Of a stretch of 64,000 nt of DNA, positions 1-8,674 are shown piece after piece. Position 1 is the stretch's first letter. Every line of letters starts with the position of its first letter. The DNA is from Myxococcota bacterium (GTDB lineage: Bacteria > Myxococcota_A > UBA796 > GCA-2862545): contig JBIKWC010000004.1 in the NCBI GenBank assembly GCA_044356535.1, forward strand, positions 14,707-78,706, written 5' to 3'. A program made the position numbers and the translations under genes. The notes under the pieces were generated by a model that saw only the letters and a list, made by a program, of their open reading frames with translations, was not told where the DNA came from and searched no databases.

Positions 1-193
1 CAATGCCACTTCGTCGGCGGCTGTTGTGGGGTGGGTCCCGACGTGACGTCGATCCAATGGGGCGCCAATCAATGGCTGCGACGACCGGGAGACTCTGCCG
101 AGGTGACCCGGCGGCTGATCACCATGAGGACTGCCTGATGGCGAGGCGCGGCACGCACGTTGCATGGGGTGATGATGCGAGTGTAGACAGACA

Positions 194-532
194 ATGAGTC
201 GATACCAAGGAGTGACCATGAATTTCGAACCGCTCGAGTCGATGAACAAGGACCACCTGCTGCGGCTGCTGGGACTGCAGGAGCGCAGGAGCTACTCCGC
301 GGTCCTGGCGCCCGCGCTGGGGGTGTTCGGGGTGGGGCTGTTGGTCGGGGCCACCCTGGGCTTGCTGGCTGCGCCGCGTCCTGGCCGTGAGCTCCGGAAC
401 GACCTCGCCCGGCGCGTGAAGGGCGCACCGTCTGCCGTCGCGAAGCTGCCCGAGCGGGCGACCGAGGCGTACCACTGGATGACCGACAAGGCGGACGTGG
501 ACCGTGAGGACCACCAGGAGGTCAATTCGTAG
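194..532 (+). CDS. small membrane protein, hypothetical (one predicted TM helix; alternative start at 218)
   Basis: Protein-like composition. Hydrophobic stretch LAPALGVFGVGLLVGATLGLLAA followed by charged C-terminus. Lies convergent to a DUF883-like gene. Confidence 0.45.
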   Translation: MSRYQGVTMNFEPLESMNKDHLLRLLGLQERRSYSAVLAPALGVFGVGLLVGATLGLLAAPRPGRELRNDLARRVKGAPSAVAKLPERATEAYHWMTDKADVDREDHQEVNS

Positions 533-617
533 CCAGCTCGCCCTCCGGAGCGTGCCCACCCCCGCCGTCCACGAGAGACGGCGGGGGCCCGGGCCCCCGG
601 GACCACGGTCGCTGGTG

Positions 618-1019
618 CTATCGGCGGTGACCCACCACGAACCCGAGCGCCACCGCCAATCCCACACAGACCACGGTGTGTTCTCGGAGCACGGTTCGCC
701 AGTCGATCCGGCGGGTCGCCTCGGCCTGGGCCCCGCGTTTCAAGTCGGCGAGAGCGGCACGGGTGCGGGCGCGGGCTTCCGTCAGGCGGAGCTGCAGGGC
801 CTCGATCTTCGGGGCGAGGACCAGGGCGGTGTCGGTCGTGGGCAACGTCTGCCTCCGGTCGGGTAGCTCTGCAACGGCCGTGCCGGGTCCGCGGACGTTC
901 TTGGACGGCCTTGTCGGACGGAGACCGACAGGTGGATGCGGCCCCCTGATGACACGGGAACAGGCATCCGCGACGACACCGCCCGGGACCTCATTCGGGG
1001 ACGTTGTAGCTGTCGACAC
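618..1019 (-). CDS. DUF883/ElaB-YqjD-like C-terminally membrane-anchored protein (start uncertain)
   Basis: C-terminus ...WRTVLREHTVVCVGLAVALGFVVGHRR matches the DUF883-family tail (TM helix ending in RR) after a coiled-coil-like region. The only in-frame ATG (1019) lies inside the left edge of the 946-2020 tandem repeat; no ATG/GTG/TTG downstream of the repeat boundary. Confidence 0.4.
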   Translation of the reverse strand: MSTATTSPNEVPGGVVADACSRVIRGPHPPVGLRPTRPSKNVRGPGTAVAELPDRRQTLPTTDTALVLAPKIEALQLRLTEARARTRAALADLKRGAQAEATRRIDWRTVLREHTVVCVGLAVALGFVVGHRR

Positions 1020-1051
1020 GGTCCCGTGTCGCGTTCCCCACGGGGGTCTTC

Positions 1052-1447
1052 ATGTCCTTTCAGCCCAGCGGTTCTCTCCTGCTCCTCGACGGAGATTCGA
1101 GCGGACTCCACGACCTCGGTCCGGTCCTGCGCGACCTCGGCCGCGGCCTGGTGCGGGTCTACGACGTGGAGGCGGCGCTCCAGGTGATCGCCAGCCTCCG
1201 CGTGGCCCTGGTGGTGGTGTCCCCCCCCCTCCAGGCCGACGGGTCACCCGACCTGTCCTGGCTCCACTCCCTGCACGACTGGGACCGGGGTCTCCCCGTG
1301 GTCCTGGTCTCGCGGGACGGCTCTCCAGCCGCGCCGAACGTGCGGGCGACGGTGTCCCGTCCCGTGGCGCCCGCCGCGCTGGTCGAGGCCTGCAGGGACG
1401 TGTTGGCCGCTGGACGTCACCTGGCCCAGGAGGCTGCGCAGGCCTGA
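1052..1447 (+). CDS. response-regulator receiver-like (pseudo-receiver) domain protein, copy 1
   Basis: Aligns to the CheY fold (LLLLDGD ~ acidic pocket, VVVSPP in place of the phospho-acceptor D-x-x-M-P, LPVVLVS ~ T-loop region, SRPV ~ KPF). The phospho-Asp is replaced by Ser. Confidence 0.6.
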   Translation: MSFQPSGSLLLLDGDSSGLHDLGPVLRDLGRGLVRVYDVEAALQVIASLRVALVVVSPPLQADGSPDLSWLHSLHDWDRGLPVVLVSRDGSPAAPNVRATVSRPVAPAALVEACRDVLAAGRHLAQEAAQA

Positions 1448-1581
1448 ACGTGGCGGTGGTTCTGGGTCCTGTAGGACGGTGACCGACACGCCCCGCGGGC
1501 CCTGACTACGGCGGAACAGGCATCCGCGACGACACCGCTCGGAGGCCCATTCGGGGAAGTTGTAGAGGTCGACACGGTCCC

Positions 1582-2016
1582 GTGTCGCGTTCCCCTGGGG
1601 GTCTCATGACCATTCAGCCCACGACCGTTCAGCCGAGCGGTTCCCTCCTGCTCCTCGACGGAGACTCGAGCGGACTCCACGACCTCGGTCCGGTCCTGCG
1701 CGACCTCGGCTGCGGCCTGGTGCGGGTCTACGACCTGGAGGCGGCGCTGCAGGTGATCGCCAGCCTCCGGGTGGCCCTGGTGGTGGTGTCTCCACCGCTG
1801 CTTTCGGACGGGTCACCGGACCTGTCCTGGCTCCGCTCCCTGCACGACTGGGACCGGGCGCTCCCCGTGATCCTGGCCTCGCGGGACGGCTCCGCGTCCA
1901 CTCCGTACGTGCGAGCCCCGGTCTCCGGACCCGTGGAGCCTGCCGCGCTGGTCCAGGTCTGCAGAGAGGCGCTGGCCTCCGGGCGCCACCCGGCCCTGGA
2001 GTCGGCGCAGGCCTGA
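1582..2016 (+). CDS. response-regulator receiver-like (pseudo-receiver) domain protein, copy 2 (alt start 1606)
   Basis: Paralog of 1052-1447 with the same degenerate receiver motifs, plus a 12-residue N-terminal insertion. Confidence 0.6.
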   Translation: MSRSPGGLMTIQPTTVQPSGSLLLLDGDSSGLHDLGPVLRDLGCGLVRVYDLEAALQVIASLRVALVVVSPPLLSDGSPDLSWLRSLHDWDRALPVILASRDGSASTPYVRAPVSGPVEPAALVQVCREALASGRHPALESAQA

Positions 2017-2023
2017 GCGGAGG

Positions 2024-2080
2024 TCAGGTGACGAGCCCGCGCATCGTGAGGTTCGTCACCTGGTACCCAGGACCGGGACA
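2024..2080 (-). pseudogene. remnant of a GNAT acetyltransferase 3' end (duplicate of the 3600-3660 region)
   Basis: 22-bp identity cgcatcgtgaggttcgtcacct with the 3' end of the GNAT gene at 3600-4082. Encoded tail GYQVTNLTMR versus GYEVTNLTMR; no upstream coding body. Confidence 0.5.
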
Positions 2081-2170
2081 CCGGTGTCGCGGATCGGGCC
2101 GCGATACCCGCGATGTTCGGCGTTGGAGCGTATGGCCCGGTTGTTGCTGTTGGGTCGGCAAGGAGTGACC

Positions 2171-2896
2171 ATGCGCCCGACCCTCGCCCTCGTCCTCACC
2201 TTCGCCGCCTGCAGCAGCCCCGACCCGGACGCGCAGGCGCTCGCCGACCAGCAGCTCGAGTCCGCCAGCGTGGTGTCGCCCGCGTGCACCGACGGCGTGT
2301 GCGACGGCAGCGACCTGGCCACCGGCGCCCTCGCGGTGACCCGCAGCGCGGGCGCGTCTTCGGTCGAGCTGGAGCTGACGGTGGACGCCGTCACCGCGGC
2401 GGTGCACTCGCCCACGGGCGTGGACCTCTCGGCGTTCGACGGGACCGAGGTCACCCTGGCGGTGCGGAGCGACTGGATGGTCCCCGCGAGCCTCGCGCTC
2501 CGCGACGCGGAGGGAGTGGTGTACGTCGTGGAGTCCGGCCAGGGCGACGCGTTCGGGGTGTTCGACGTGCAGTACGGGAAGGAGCTCGGGCGGCTGGTGG
2601 ACGACGCGGACTACGAGCTGACGTTCCGCGCGCTCGACGTGGCCACCGACGACGGCGTGGTGTCCGTGGAGCCCGGAGAGGTCGTCACGGTCCGCGTCGA
2701 CGGGGCGAGCTGGCGCTTCGCGGCCATCGCGGCGTACGAGGTCGGCACGATCCCGGGCGGCGAGTACGCGGACTGCGGCGGCGAAGCCCCGATGGCGAGC
2801 TACGAGGCGGTGCGCCTCCCCGAGGAGGCAGCGTTCGACCCGATCGTCCGCCCCGCGGGCCTGCCGATGGCGCTGTACAGCGGCTGCGGGGGCTAG
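2171..2896 (+). CDS. lipoprotein, hypothetical
   Basis: Signal peptide plus lipobox MRPTLALVLTFAAC. Acidic, Cys-containing mature region. Stop TAG at 2894-2896. Confidence 0.7.
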   Translation: MRPTLALVLTFAACSSPDPDAQALADQQLESASVVSPACTDGVCDGSDLATGALAVTRSAGASSVELELTVDAVTAAVHSPTGVDLSAFDGTEVTLAVRSDWMVPASLALRDAEGVVYVVESGQGDAFGVFDVQYGKELGRLVDDADYELTFRALDVATDDGVVSVEPGEVVTVRVDGASWRFAAIAAYEVGTIPGGEYADCGGEAPMASYEAVRLPEEAAFDPIVRPAGLPMALYSGCGG

Positions 2897-2900
2897 GCAG

Positions 2901-3046
2901 CCCCTCACCCCGACCCCTCTCCCCGAAGGGGAGAGGGGGTAGCACCAGGCGGTTCCCCTCCTGCGGTGCGAGGGGGTGGATGGACGGCCCGATCCCTCAG
3001 CGCATCCCCCTCCCCAGCATCGGGGGAGAGGGTCGGGGTGAGGGGG
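2901..3046. repeat. GC-rich compound palindromic intergenic element (REP/MITE-like; includes a terminator-like hairpin directly after the 2171-2896 stop)
   Basis: Local hairpin CCCCTCTCCCC-GAA-GGGGAGAGGGG (2914-2938). Second hairpin at 3006-3032. Long-range inverted repeat cccctcaccccgacccc (2901-2917) pairing with gggtcggggtgaggggg (3030-3046). Confidence 0.6.
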
Positions 3047-3088
3047 CAGGAAGGGCTACAGGAGCGGGCTGCGCGTTACCCCCCGCGG

Positions 3089-3625
3089 ATGCGTCGGGTC
3101 CACGTCGTCGGCACCTCGGGCAGCGGCAAGTCCACGGTCGCGGCGGCGCTCGCGCGCAGGCTCGGGGTCCCGCACGTGGAGCTCGACGCGCTGCATTGGC
3201 TCCCCGGGTGGCAGGAGCGACCCGTCGCCGAATTCCGCGCGCACCTGTCCGCCGCGCTCGTCCAGAGCGGGTGGGTGGTCGACGGCAACTACGCGGCGCA
3301 GTCCCGCGATCTCGTGTGGGCCGCGGTCGACACCGTCGTGTGGCTCGACCTGCCGCGGCGGACCGTGATGCGCCAGGTGGTGCAGCGGACGGCGCGTCGT
3401 TGGCTGCGGCGCGAGCAGCTCTGGGGCGGGAACCGGGAGTCCCTCCGCAAGACCCTCCTCAGCCGCGACTCCGTGGTGTGGTGGGCGTGGTCGACCCACG
3501 CGCGGCGCCGGACCGAGTACGGCCAGGCGCTGCGCTCCGTGCCGTTCCGCGTCATCCACCTCCGCAGCCGCGCCGAGGTGGACCAGTGGCTCGCCACCGT
3601 CAGCCCACCCGCTTCCGCATCGTGA
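3089..3625 (+). CDS. P-loop NTPase, adenylate-kinase-like / topology modulation protein family
   Basis: Walker A VVGTSGSGKST at the N-terminus. Small (~178 aa) AK-like fold with aromatic-rich C-terminus. Confidence 0.75.
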   Translation: MRRVHVVGTSGSGKSTVAAALARRLGVPHVELDALHWLPGWQERPVAEFRAHLSAALVQSGWVVDGNYAAQSRDLVWAAVDTVVWLDLPRRTVMRQVVQRTARRWLRREQLWGGNRESLRKTLLSRDSVVWWAWSTHARRRTEYGQALRSVPFRVIHLRSRAEVDQWLATVSPPASAS

Positions 3626-4082
3626 GGTTCGTCACCTCGTAGCCCGCCCGTTCGTAGAGGCGACGGGCGACCACGTTGTGACCGAAGACGTGGAGCTCGA
3701 CGCTGCTCGCTCCCCGCGCACGCGCCTCCTCCTCGGCGAGACCCAGCACCCCCTCGCCGTAGCCGCGGCCCCGGTACGCGGGGTCGACGATGATGTCGTA
3801 GATCCACAGCCAGGTCCGCGCGCCCTGCGTCTTGCGGGCGAACCACAGCAGCCCTACGCGGTTCCCGGAGGCGACCTCGCGGACCGAGAACAGGAACTGG
3901 TTCTCGGTGCGGAGCCCGTCGGGCAGGAGCCGGGCGTACGCCGCCACCGCCGTCCGCTGCGCCTCGTCGGGCGCCAGGTCCTCGCTCCGCGCTGCCTCCC
4001 GGGCGTAGTCCGGCACCGCGGAAGCGAGGTACTCCGCGAGCTCGGGGTCGGTGAAGGGGACGAGGTGGAGCGGGTGGGCCAT
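3600..4082 (-). CDS. GNAT family N-acetyltransferase
   Basis: Motifs IYDIIVDPAYRGRGYG (acetyl-CoA-binding R/Q-x-x-G-x-G/A), HVFGHNVVARRLYERAGY. 160 aa. Confidence 0.85.
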   Translation of the reverse strand: MAHPLHLVPFTDPELAEYLASAVPDYAREAARSEDLAPDEAQRTAVAAYARLLPDGLRTENQFLFSVREVASGNRVGLLWFARKTQGARTWLWIYDIIVDPAYRGRGYGEGVLGLAEEEARARGASSVELHVFGHNVVARRLYERAGYEVTNLTMRKRVG

Positions 4083-4143
4083 GGGCGGAGCCTACCCCGC
4101 GGAGCACCCGGGCGGCCGCGGTCGCTGGTCGTTAGGGACGCGC

Positions 4144-6009
4144 ATGAACCGACGGCAGCTGTTGGCGTTGGGCGCCGTCGCGGGTGGCGCGGTCCTGGGC
4201 GGGGGCCTGTGGGGCATCCAGCCTCGCGGCACCACCTGGCCCGCCGTCGGAACCGGTCGGCGCGCGCGCCCCGAAGGTGAGCGACGGGTCGTGATCGTGG
4301 GGGGCGGCCTCGCGGGGATGTCGGCCGCTGCGGTGCTCGCGGCCCGGGGGTACCGGGTCACGTTGTGCGAGGCCGGCGACGCGCTCGGGGGCAAGCTCGC
4401 GGGCTGGCCCATCACCGTCGAGGGCGTCGAGGTGCCGATGGAGCACGGGTTCCACGGCTTCTTCCGGCAGTACTACAACCTGCGGTCCCTCCTCGCCGAG
4501 GCCGGCGCCGACCGCGACCTCGTGCCCCAGTCGGCGTACGAGATCCTGTTCCGCGACCGCCCGTCCGAGGGGTTCCGCGCCGGGTGGACGCCGTTCCCCT
4601 TCAGCCTGCTCGAGGTCCTCGCCCGGTCCCCCACGCTCTCGCTCGGCGACGTGGCCGGCGACCGGCCCGGCATGAACGCGCTCCTCGCGTACGACCCGGT
4701 CGCGACCTTCGCGAAGTGGGACCACCTCGACGCAGCGGCGTTCGTGCGCGAGGGCCAGCTGGGCGGGCCGTTCGACGACCTCGTGTTGCGCCCGTTCGGG
4801 CAGGCGTCCATGAACGCCCTCGACCGGTTCTCCGCCGCCGAGCTCGTGCGGTTCTTCCACTTCTACATGCTCGGCAACCCCGAAGGCCTCGGGTTCGACG
4901 CGCTCGGGCGCGGGGTCCACCTCTCGGTGCTGGCCCCGTTGCGGGCGCACCTCGAGCGGCTCGGAGTGGAGATTCGGACGGGCGCGCGCGTGCGCCGGGT
5001 GGTGGTGCGCGGGGGTCGCGCGGTGGGCGTGGTCCTCGACGCGCCGGGGGCGGGACCGACTGCAGCGGCACCGGTGGCGGACATCCCGCCGGCTGGGTGG
5101 GTCGCCATGGCCGACGGCGCGGTCTTCGTGCGCAGGGCCGGCGCCGGGTTCGAGGCCCGCGACGCGCGCTGCACCCACCTCGGCTGCCGCGTGGCGCTGG
5201 AGGGCGCAGGGTTCCGTTGTCCCTGCCACGCCGGCCGCTACGACGCCGACGCGCGGCCGGTCTCCGGGCCTCCGAAGGCGCCGCTGGTGGCGCTGCCGGC
5301 GACGGTGGTGGGCGACACGGTCTCCATCGGCAGTGGGCCGGCGGACGAGCTCCTGGCGGCCGACGCGGTCGTGCTCGCGACGGAGGTGCGCGGGTTCCGG
5401 GCGCTGGTGGCGCAGAGCGAGCTGGACGACGTGGACCCGGCGCTGGTGGCGTCTGCCCGCCACGCCGGGGAGGCCGACCCGTACGCGGTCGTCCGGTTCT
5501 GGTTCGATCGACCCACGCTCCCGTCCCGGGCCCCGTTCTACACCGTGGCAGGGTACGAATGGACGGACTCCCTCGCCATCTATTCGGCGTTTCAGGAGCC
5601 CTTCCGGTCCGACCCGGGCCGCGCGGTGGTGGAGACGCACGCGTACGGCATCCCGCCGGCGCTCCAGGGGCCGCCGTCCACCTACCGCGACGCGCTCCTG
5701 CGCGAGCTCCGCGAGGCGTTCCCCGAGCTGGCGGACGCGAAGATCCGCCACGAGGAGGTGATGGCGCAGTCGAACTTCACGCGGTTCGGGCCCGGGGACT
5801 TCGCCCGCCGACCCACCGTCGCCACCGCGGTGCCGAACCTGTTCGTCGCCGGCGACCACGTGCAGCTGCCGTTCCCGGCGTTCCTGATGGAGGCCGCGGT
5901 GGCGTCCGGACGGCTCGCCGCCAACCACGTGTGTGCAGCGGACGGCGTCACCGAGGAGCACATCCCGACGGTGGCGCTGCGCGGGCCGCTGGCCGACGTG
6001 CTGGGGTAG
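4144..6009 (+). CDS. FAD-dependent oxidoreductase (amine oxidase / phytoene-desaturase superfamily) with embedded Rieske [2Fe-2S] motif and Tat signal
   Basis: Twin-arginine signal MNRRQLLALGAVAGGAVLG. Dinucleotide-binding VVIVGGGLAGMSAAAVLAARG. Rieske-type CTHLGC-(16)-CPCH in the middle of the fold. Confidence 0.8.
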   Translation: MNRRQLLALGAVAGGAVLGGGLWGIQPRGTTWPAVGTGRRARPEGERRVVIVGGGLAGMSAAAVLAARGYRVTLCEAGDALGGKLAGWPITVEGVEVPMEHGFHGFFRQYYNLRSLLAEAGADRDLVPQSAYEILFRDRPSEGFRAGWTPFPFSLLEVLARSPTLSLGDVAGDRPGMNALLAYDPVATFAKWDHLDAAAFVREGQLGGPFDDLVLRPFGQASMNALDRFSAAELVRFFHFYMLGNPEGLGFDALGRGVHLSVLAPLRAHLERLGVEIRTGARVRRVVVRGGRAVGVVLDAPGAGPTAAAPVADIPPAGWVAMADGAVFVRRAGAGFEARDARCTHLGCRVALEGAGFRCPCHAGRYDADARPVSGPPKAPLVALPATVVGDTVSIGSGPADELLAADAVVLATEVRGFRALVAQSELDDVDPALVASARHAGEADPYAVVRFWFDRPTLPSRAPFYTVAGYEWTDSLAIYSAFQEPFRSDPGRAVVETHAYGIPPALQGPPSTYRDALLRELREAFPELADAKIRHEEVMAQSNFTRFGPGDFARRPTVATAVPNLFVAGDHVQLPFPAFLMEAAVASGRLAANHVCAADGVTEEHIPTVALRGPLADVLG

Positions 6010-7414
6010 GGGAGCGGCCCAGGAACCCCGGAAGCGTGACGGGCTCCACGTGGTTCACGTTGAACTCCTCGGTGTCCGAACACGACACCGTGGCCTCCCA
6101 GCGCGCGGTGGTCTCCCCCGGCCCGTACTCCCGAGCGGTCCGCTGGTCGGCGCAGGTCACGAGGGCGCCCCCGTCCGGCAGGCGGTAGTGGCTGCCGATG
6201 ACCCGGCAGTGCACACCGAGATCGATGGCCTCCACGAGGGTCGCCACGGAGGTGGCGAGGTCGAGCCGGTACGTCAGCGCGCGGGAGTTCTCGTCGTCGG
6301 GGCCGTTGTCGAACAGCGTGAGGGTGCCGTCCGCGTGCAGCACGGGGTGGTGCTGGCCGTCGAAGTCGGCCCGCTGGCCCGGCAGCGCCGTGGTGAAGCG
6401 GAAGGTGGAGTCGAGGGTGGAGCCCCCCGCGGCGAGGATCCAGTCGACCGCGCCGGCGTCGGGCCGATCCGGGCCCGCGACCTGGAACACGGCGTCGAGG
6501 TACCGGAACGAGATCACCACGTCGCCCGCGGGCGTCCACGTGATCCCGTTGGCGTGTGCCCAGTCTCCGCTCCCGGGGAACTCCCTGCGCCAGAAGTTCT
6601 CGTCGGCCCGGGTGGGGGGCGGCGCGTCACCGAGGTGGTCGACCAGGCTCCACGTCGAGCTCACGGCTCCGGCGCCGTCGAGCACGTAGAAGCCGTCGAG
6701 GACGTAGCTCTGGCCGTTCGACCACGGGTACTCCTCGGCGTTGAGGACCAGCAGCCGCTCGCCGCCCGGCTCCCGCGCGAGATCGTGGTGGACGGGTCGG
6801 TCGAACGGGCCGAGCCGCACCCGCGCCCCGTCCACGCCCACGTCTTCGATGATCTGGCGTTGGACGGAGAACAACACCGAGTCCGGCGGATCGAAGGCGT
6901 AGCCGCTGCTCTGGGTGCCGGAGGACTCGATCCAGCGGATGGTGCCGTCGGGTGACGCCAGCAGGACCCACACCAGGCCCCCACAGGTGCCGTTCAGCAG
7001 CAGGTGCTCCGTGGAAGGCTCCCCGACGACCGCGATCGACAGCGGCACCGGCAGGGGACCGGTGCGGAACCGACCGGACACGCTCACGGTCTGCTCCGTC
7101 GCGGTCCAGGCCACCTCACTGCTCGGGGCCAGCCCCCACAACGTGACCGCGTCCGTCTCCGTCCCGGTGGTGAACGTCTCGCCCGCGGACGACCACGTCA
7201 CGGAGACGGTGCCCGGGGTGTCCCGGAGGAGCGTGCAGTCCCACCGCAAGGCGTTGTCGGCCTGGGGGCTGCAGTCCATCCCCCGGAGGCTCGGCGTGGT
7301 CGCGGTGGTCGTGGTGTGGGTGGACGGGGTGGTGGACAGCGGGAGCGGCAGCGGCGCGGTGGGCCTCGTGGACGGCTGCGGTTCGTGGCAGGCGGCGAGG
7401 ATCCAGGAGAGCAT
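5948..7414 (-). CDS. beta-propeller lipoprotein, arylsulfotransferase (ASST)-like (family assignment tentative)
   Basis: Lipobox MLSWILAAC; Pro/Thr-rich linker; ...HANGITWTPAGDVVISFRYLDAVFQV... reminiscent of the ASST family. Its 3' end overlaps the convergent oxidoreductase by ~60 bp. Confidence 0.65.
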   Translation of the reverse strand: MLSWILAACHEPQPSTRPTAPLPLPLSTTPSTHTTTTATTPSLRGMDCSPQADNALRWDCTLLRDTPGTVSVTWSSAGETFTTGTETDAVTLWGLAPSSEVAWTATEQTVSVSGRFRTGPLPVPLSIAVVGEPSTEHLLLNGTCGGLVWVLLASPDGTIRWIESSGTQSSGYAFDPPDSVLFSVQRQIIEDVGVDGARVRLGPFDRPVHHDLAREPGGERLLVLNAEEYPWSNGQSYVLDGFYVLDGAGAVSSTWSLVDHLGDAPPPTRADENFWRREFPGSGDWAHANGITWTPAGDVVISFRYLDAVFQVAGPDRPDAGAVDWILAAGGSTLDSTFRFTTALPGQRADFDGQHHPVLHADGTLTLFDNGPDDENSRALTYRLDLATSVATLVEAIDLGVHCRVIGSHYRLPDGGALVTCADQRTAREYGPGETTARWEATVSCSDTEEFNVNHVEPVTLPGFLGRSPTPARRPAARAAPPSGCAPR

Positions 7415-7443
7415 TCGGGCAGCATAACGCCAGTCCCGCAGCG

Positions 7444-8571
7444 TCAGCCCAACGCGCGCAGCGCCGACCGCAGTCGCGCCGCCGCCTCACCGTCCCACGC
7501 CGGGAGCGCCCGCTCCACCAGCGGACGCAGAGCCTGGACCACGTGGACCGGGCCCTGCGCGTCACCCAGCGCATACACCGCGAGCGTCGCCTCTTCGCGG
7601 ACCCGCGGGTCCGGGTCCGACAACGCGAGGCCGAGGTGTGGTGCCGCCGTCCGCAGGTCCACGAGGTCCGTCGACCACGCCGGGAACCGGTGGATCGCGG
7701 CGAGGCGCGCCCCCGGGTCGGCGGCGAACAGCGCCGCCCGCGCGGTGTTCACCTCGTCGGGCGCTTCGACCCCGGGCTCCATCCCCGCCGCGATCGCGTC
7801 GGCGACCGCGTGGCGGGTGGGCAGGTCGCCGTCGACCGCCAGGAGGAGCGTGCGGCGCGCGACCACCGGATCCCGCGTCGACACCGTGTCCGCCGCTGCC
7901 TTCCGCACGGTCGCGTTCGCGTGGCAGAGCAGCGTCCCCAGCGCCGCCGCGTCGCCCGTCGCGAGCGACTGGCGGGTCAGGAACCGCGCGGCGAGCGTGC
8001 GGGTCGCGGCTTCCCGGTCCGCGAGGCGAGGCGTCAGGAGCTCCGCGAGGCGCGCCGACCCGTCCCCTCCCGCCGCGAGCAGGATGGCGGCTTCGCACTG
8101 CGCGCCGATCGTCCGGTACGCGCCCGTCGTCTTCCGGCGGTCGACGCGCCCGTCCCACACGAGCCCGAGGAGCTCCTCGAAGGGCTCGCGGCCGTCGCGC
8201 AGCCAGCGCGCGAGCAGGTAGTAGCCGAGGAACACCTGCTGCGGGTCCGCGTCGGCCAGAAGGGCACGGGCCGCGTCGAGCGAGCCTGGGGGGAAGAAGC
8301 CGCCGTTCGCCACGTCGAGCAGGAGCGCGCGGCGATGGTCGGACGGAGCGCCGGCGAGGACCGCGGTGAACCGAGCGTCGTCGCCCCGGTGGAGCGCGGC
8401 CAGGCCGTGCAGCGCCCGCAGGATCCAGCGGTTGTCCTCGACGGCGTCGTCGACCGGCGGCAACGCGAGCACCGCGCCCTCGCGCACCCGCCGCCGCAGG
8501 TGCTCGGCGCCGTCACCGCGCGATCGGGCACCACCGCGCAGGACCTTGTCGAGCGCCTGATCGTCGGTCAC
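7444..8571 (-). CDS. HEAT-repeat domain protein
   Basis: Repeated alpha-helical units with DPDPRVREEATLAVYALGD-type HEAT/PBS-lyase motifs. Upstream of and co-directional with the ASST-like gene. Confidence 0.7.
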   Translation of the reverse strand: MTDDQALDKVLRGGARSRGDGAEHLRRRVREGAVLALPPVDDAVEDNRWILRALHGLAALHRGDDARFTAVLAGAPSDHRRALLLDVANGGFFPPGSLDAARALLADADPQQVFLGYYLLARWLRDGREPFEELLGLVWDGRVDRRKTTGAYRTIGAQCEAAILLAAGGDGSARLAELLTPRLADREAATRTLAARFLTRQSLATGDAAALGTLLCHANATVRKAAADTVSTRDPVVARRTLLLAVDGDLPTRHAVADAIAAGMEPGVEAPDEVNTARAALFAADPGARLAAIHRFPAWSTDLVDLRTAAPHLGLALSDPDPRVREEATLAVYALGDAQGPVHVVQALRPLVERALPAWDGEAAARLRSALRALG

Positions 8572-8674
8572 GGGTCCCCCCGGCCCGGAGGATACCCGCG
8601 GTGCGGCCGGTCTGCTCGTGCCTCGGACTGGTGGACGGTCGGGGTCGGAGGTGGTCGAGGACCGCGCGAAGCCC

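Larger units (their letters stand above)
946..2020 (+). repeat. tandem direct duplication (~558-bp period, 2 copies, ~85-90% identical), each copy carrying a promoter region plus a pseudo-receiver gene
   Basis: Near-identical strings starting ggaacaggcatccgcgacgacaccgc at 957 and 1515. Paralogous ORFs 1052-1447 and 1582-2016. Mirrored minus-strand ORFs MESARISVEEQE / MESARVSVEEQE. Confidence 0.85.

Noticed and set aside
2113-3642. 509-aa + strand ORF spanning the lipoprotein and kinase genes
   Set aside because: Translation is Arg/Gly/Pro/Ala-dominated with no motifs. It overlaps better-supported genes in other frames. Typical high-GC spurious ORF.
4132-6188. 609-aa (-) and 607-aa (+) ORFs overlapping the FAD/Rieske gene
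   Set aside because: Low-complexity R/G/P/A translations; the same-region frame with FAD and Rieske motifs is clearly the coding one.
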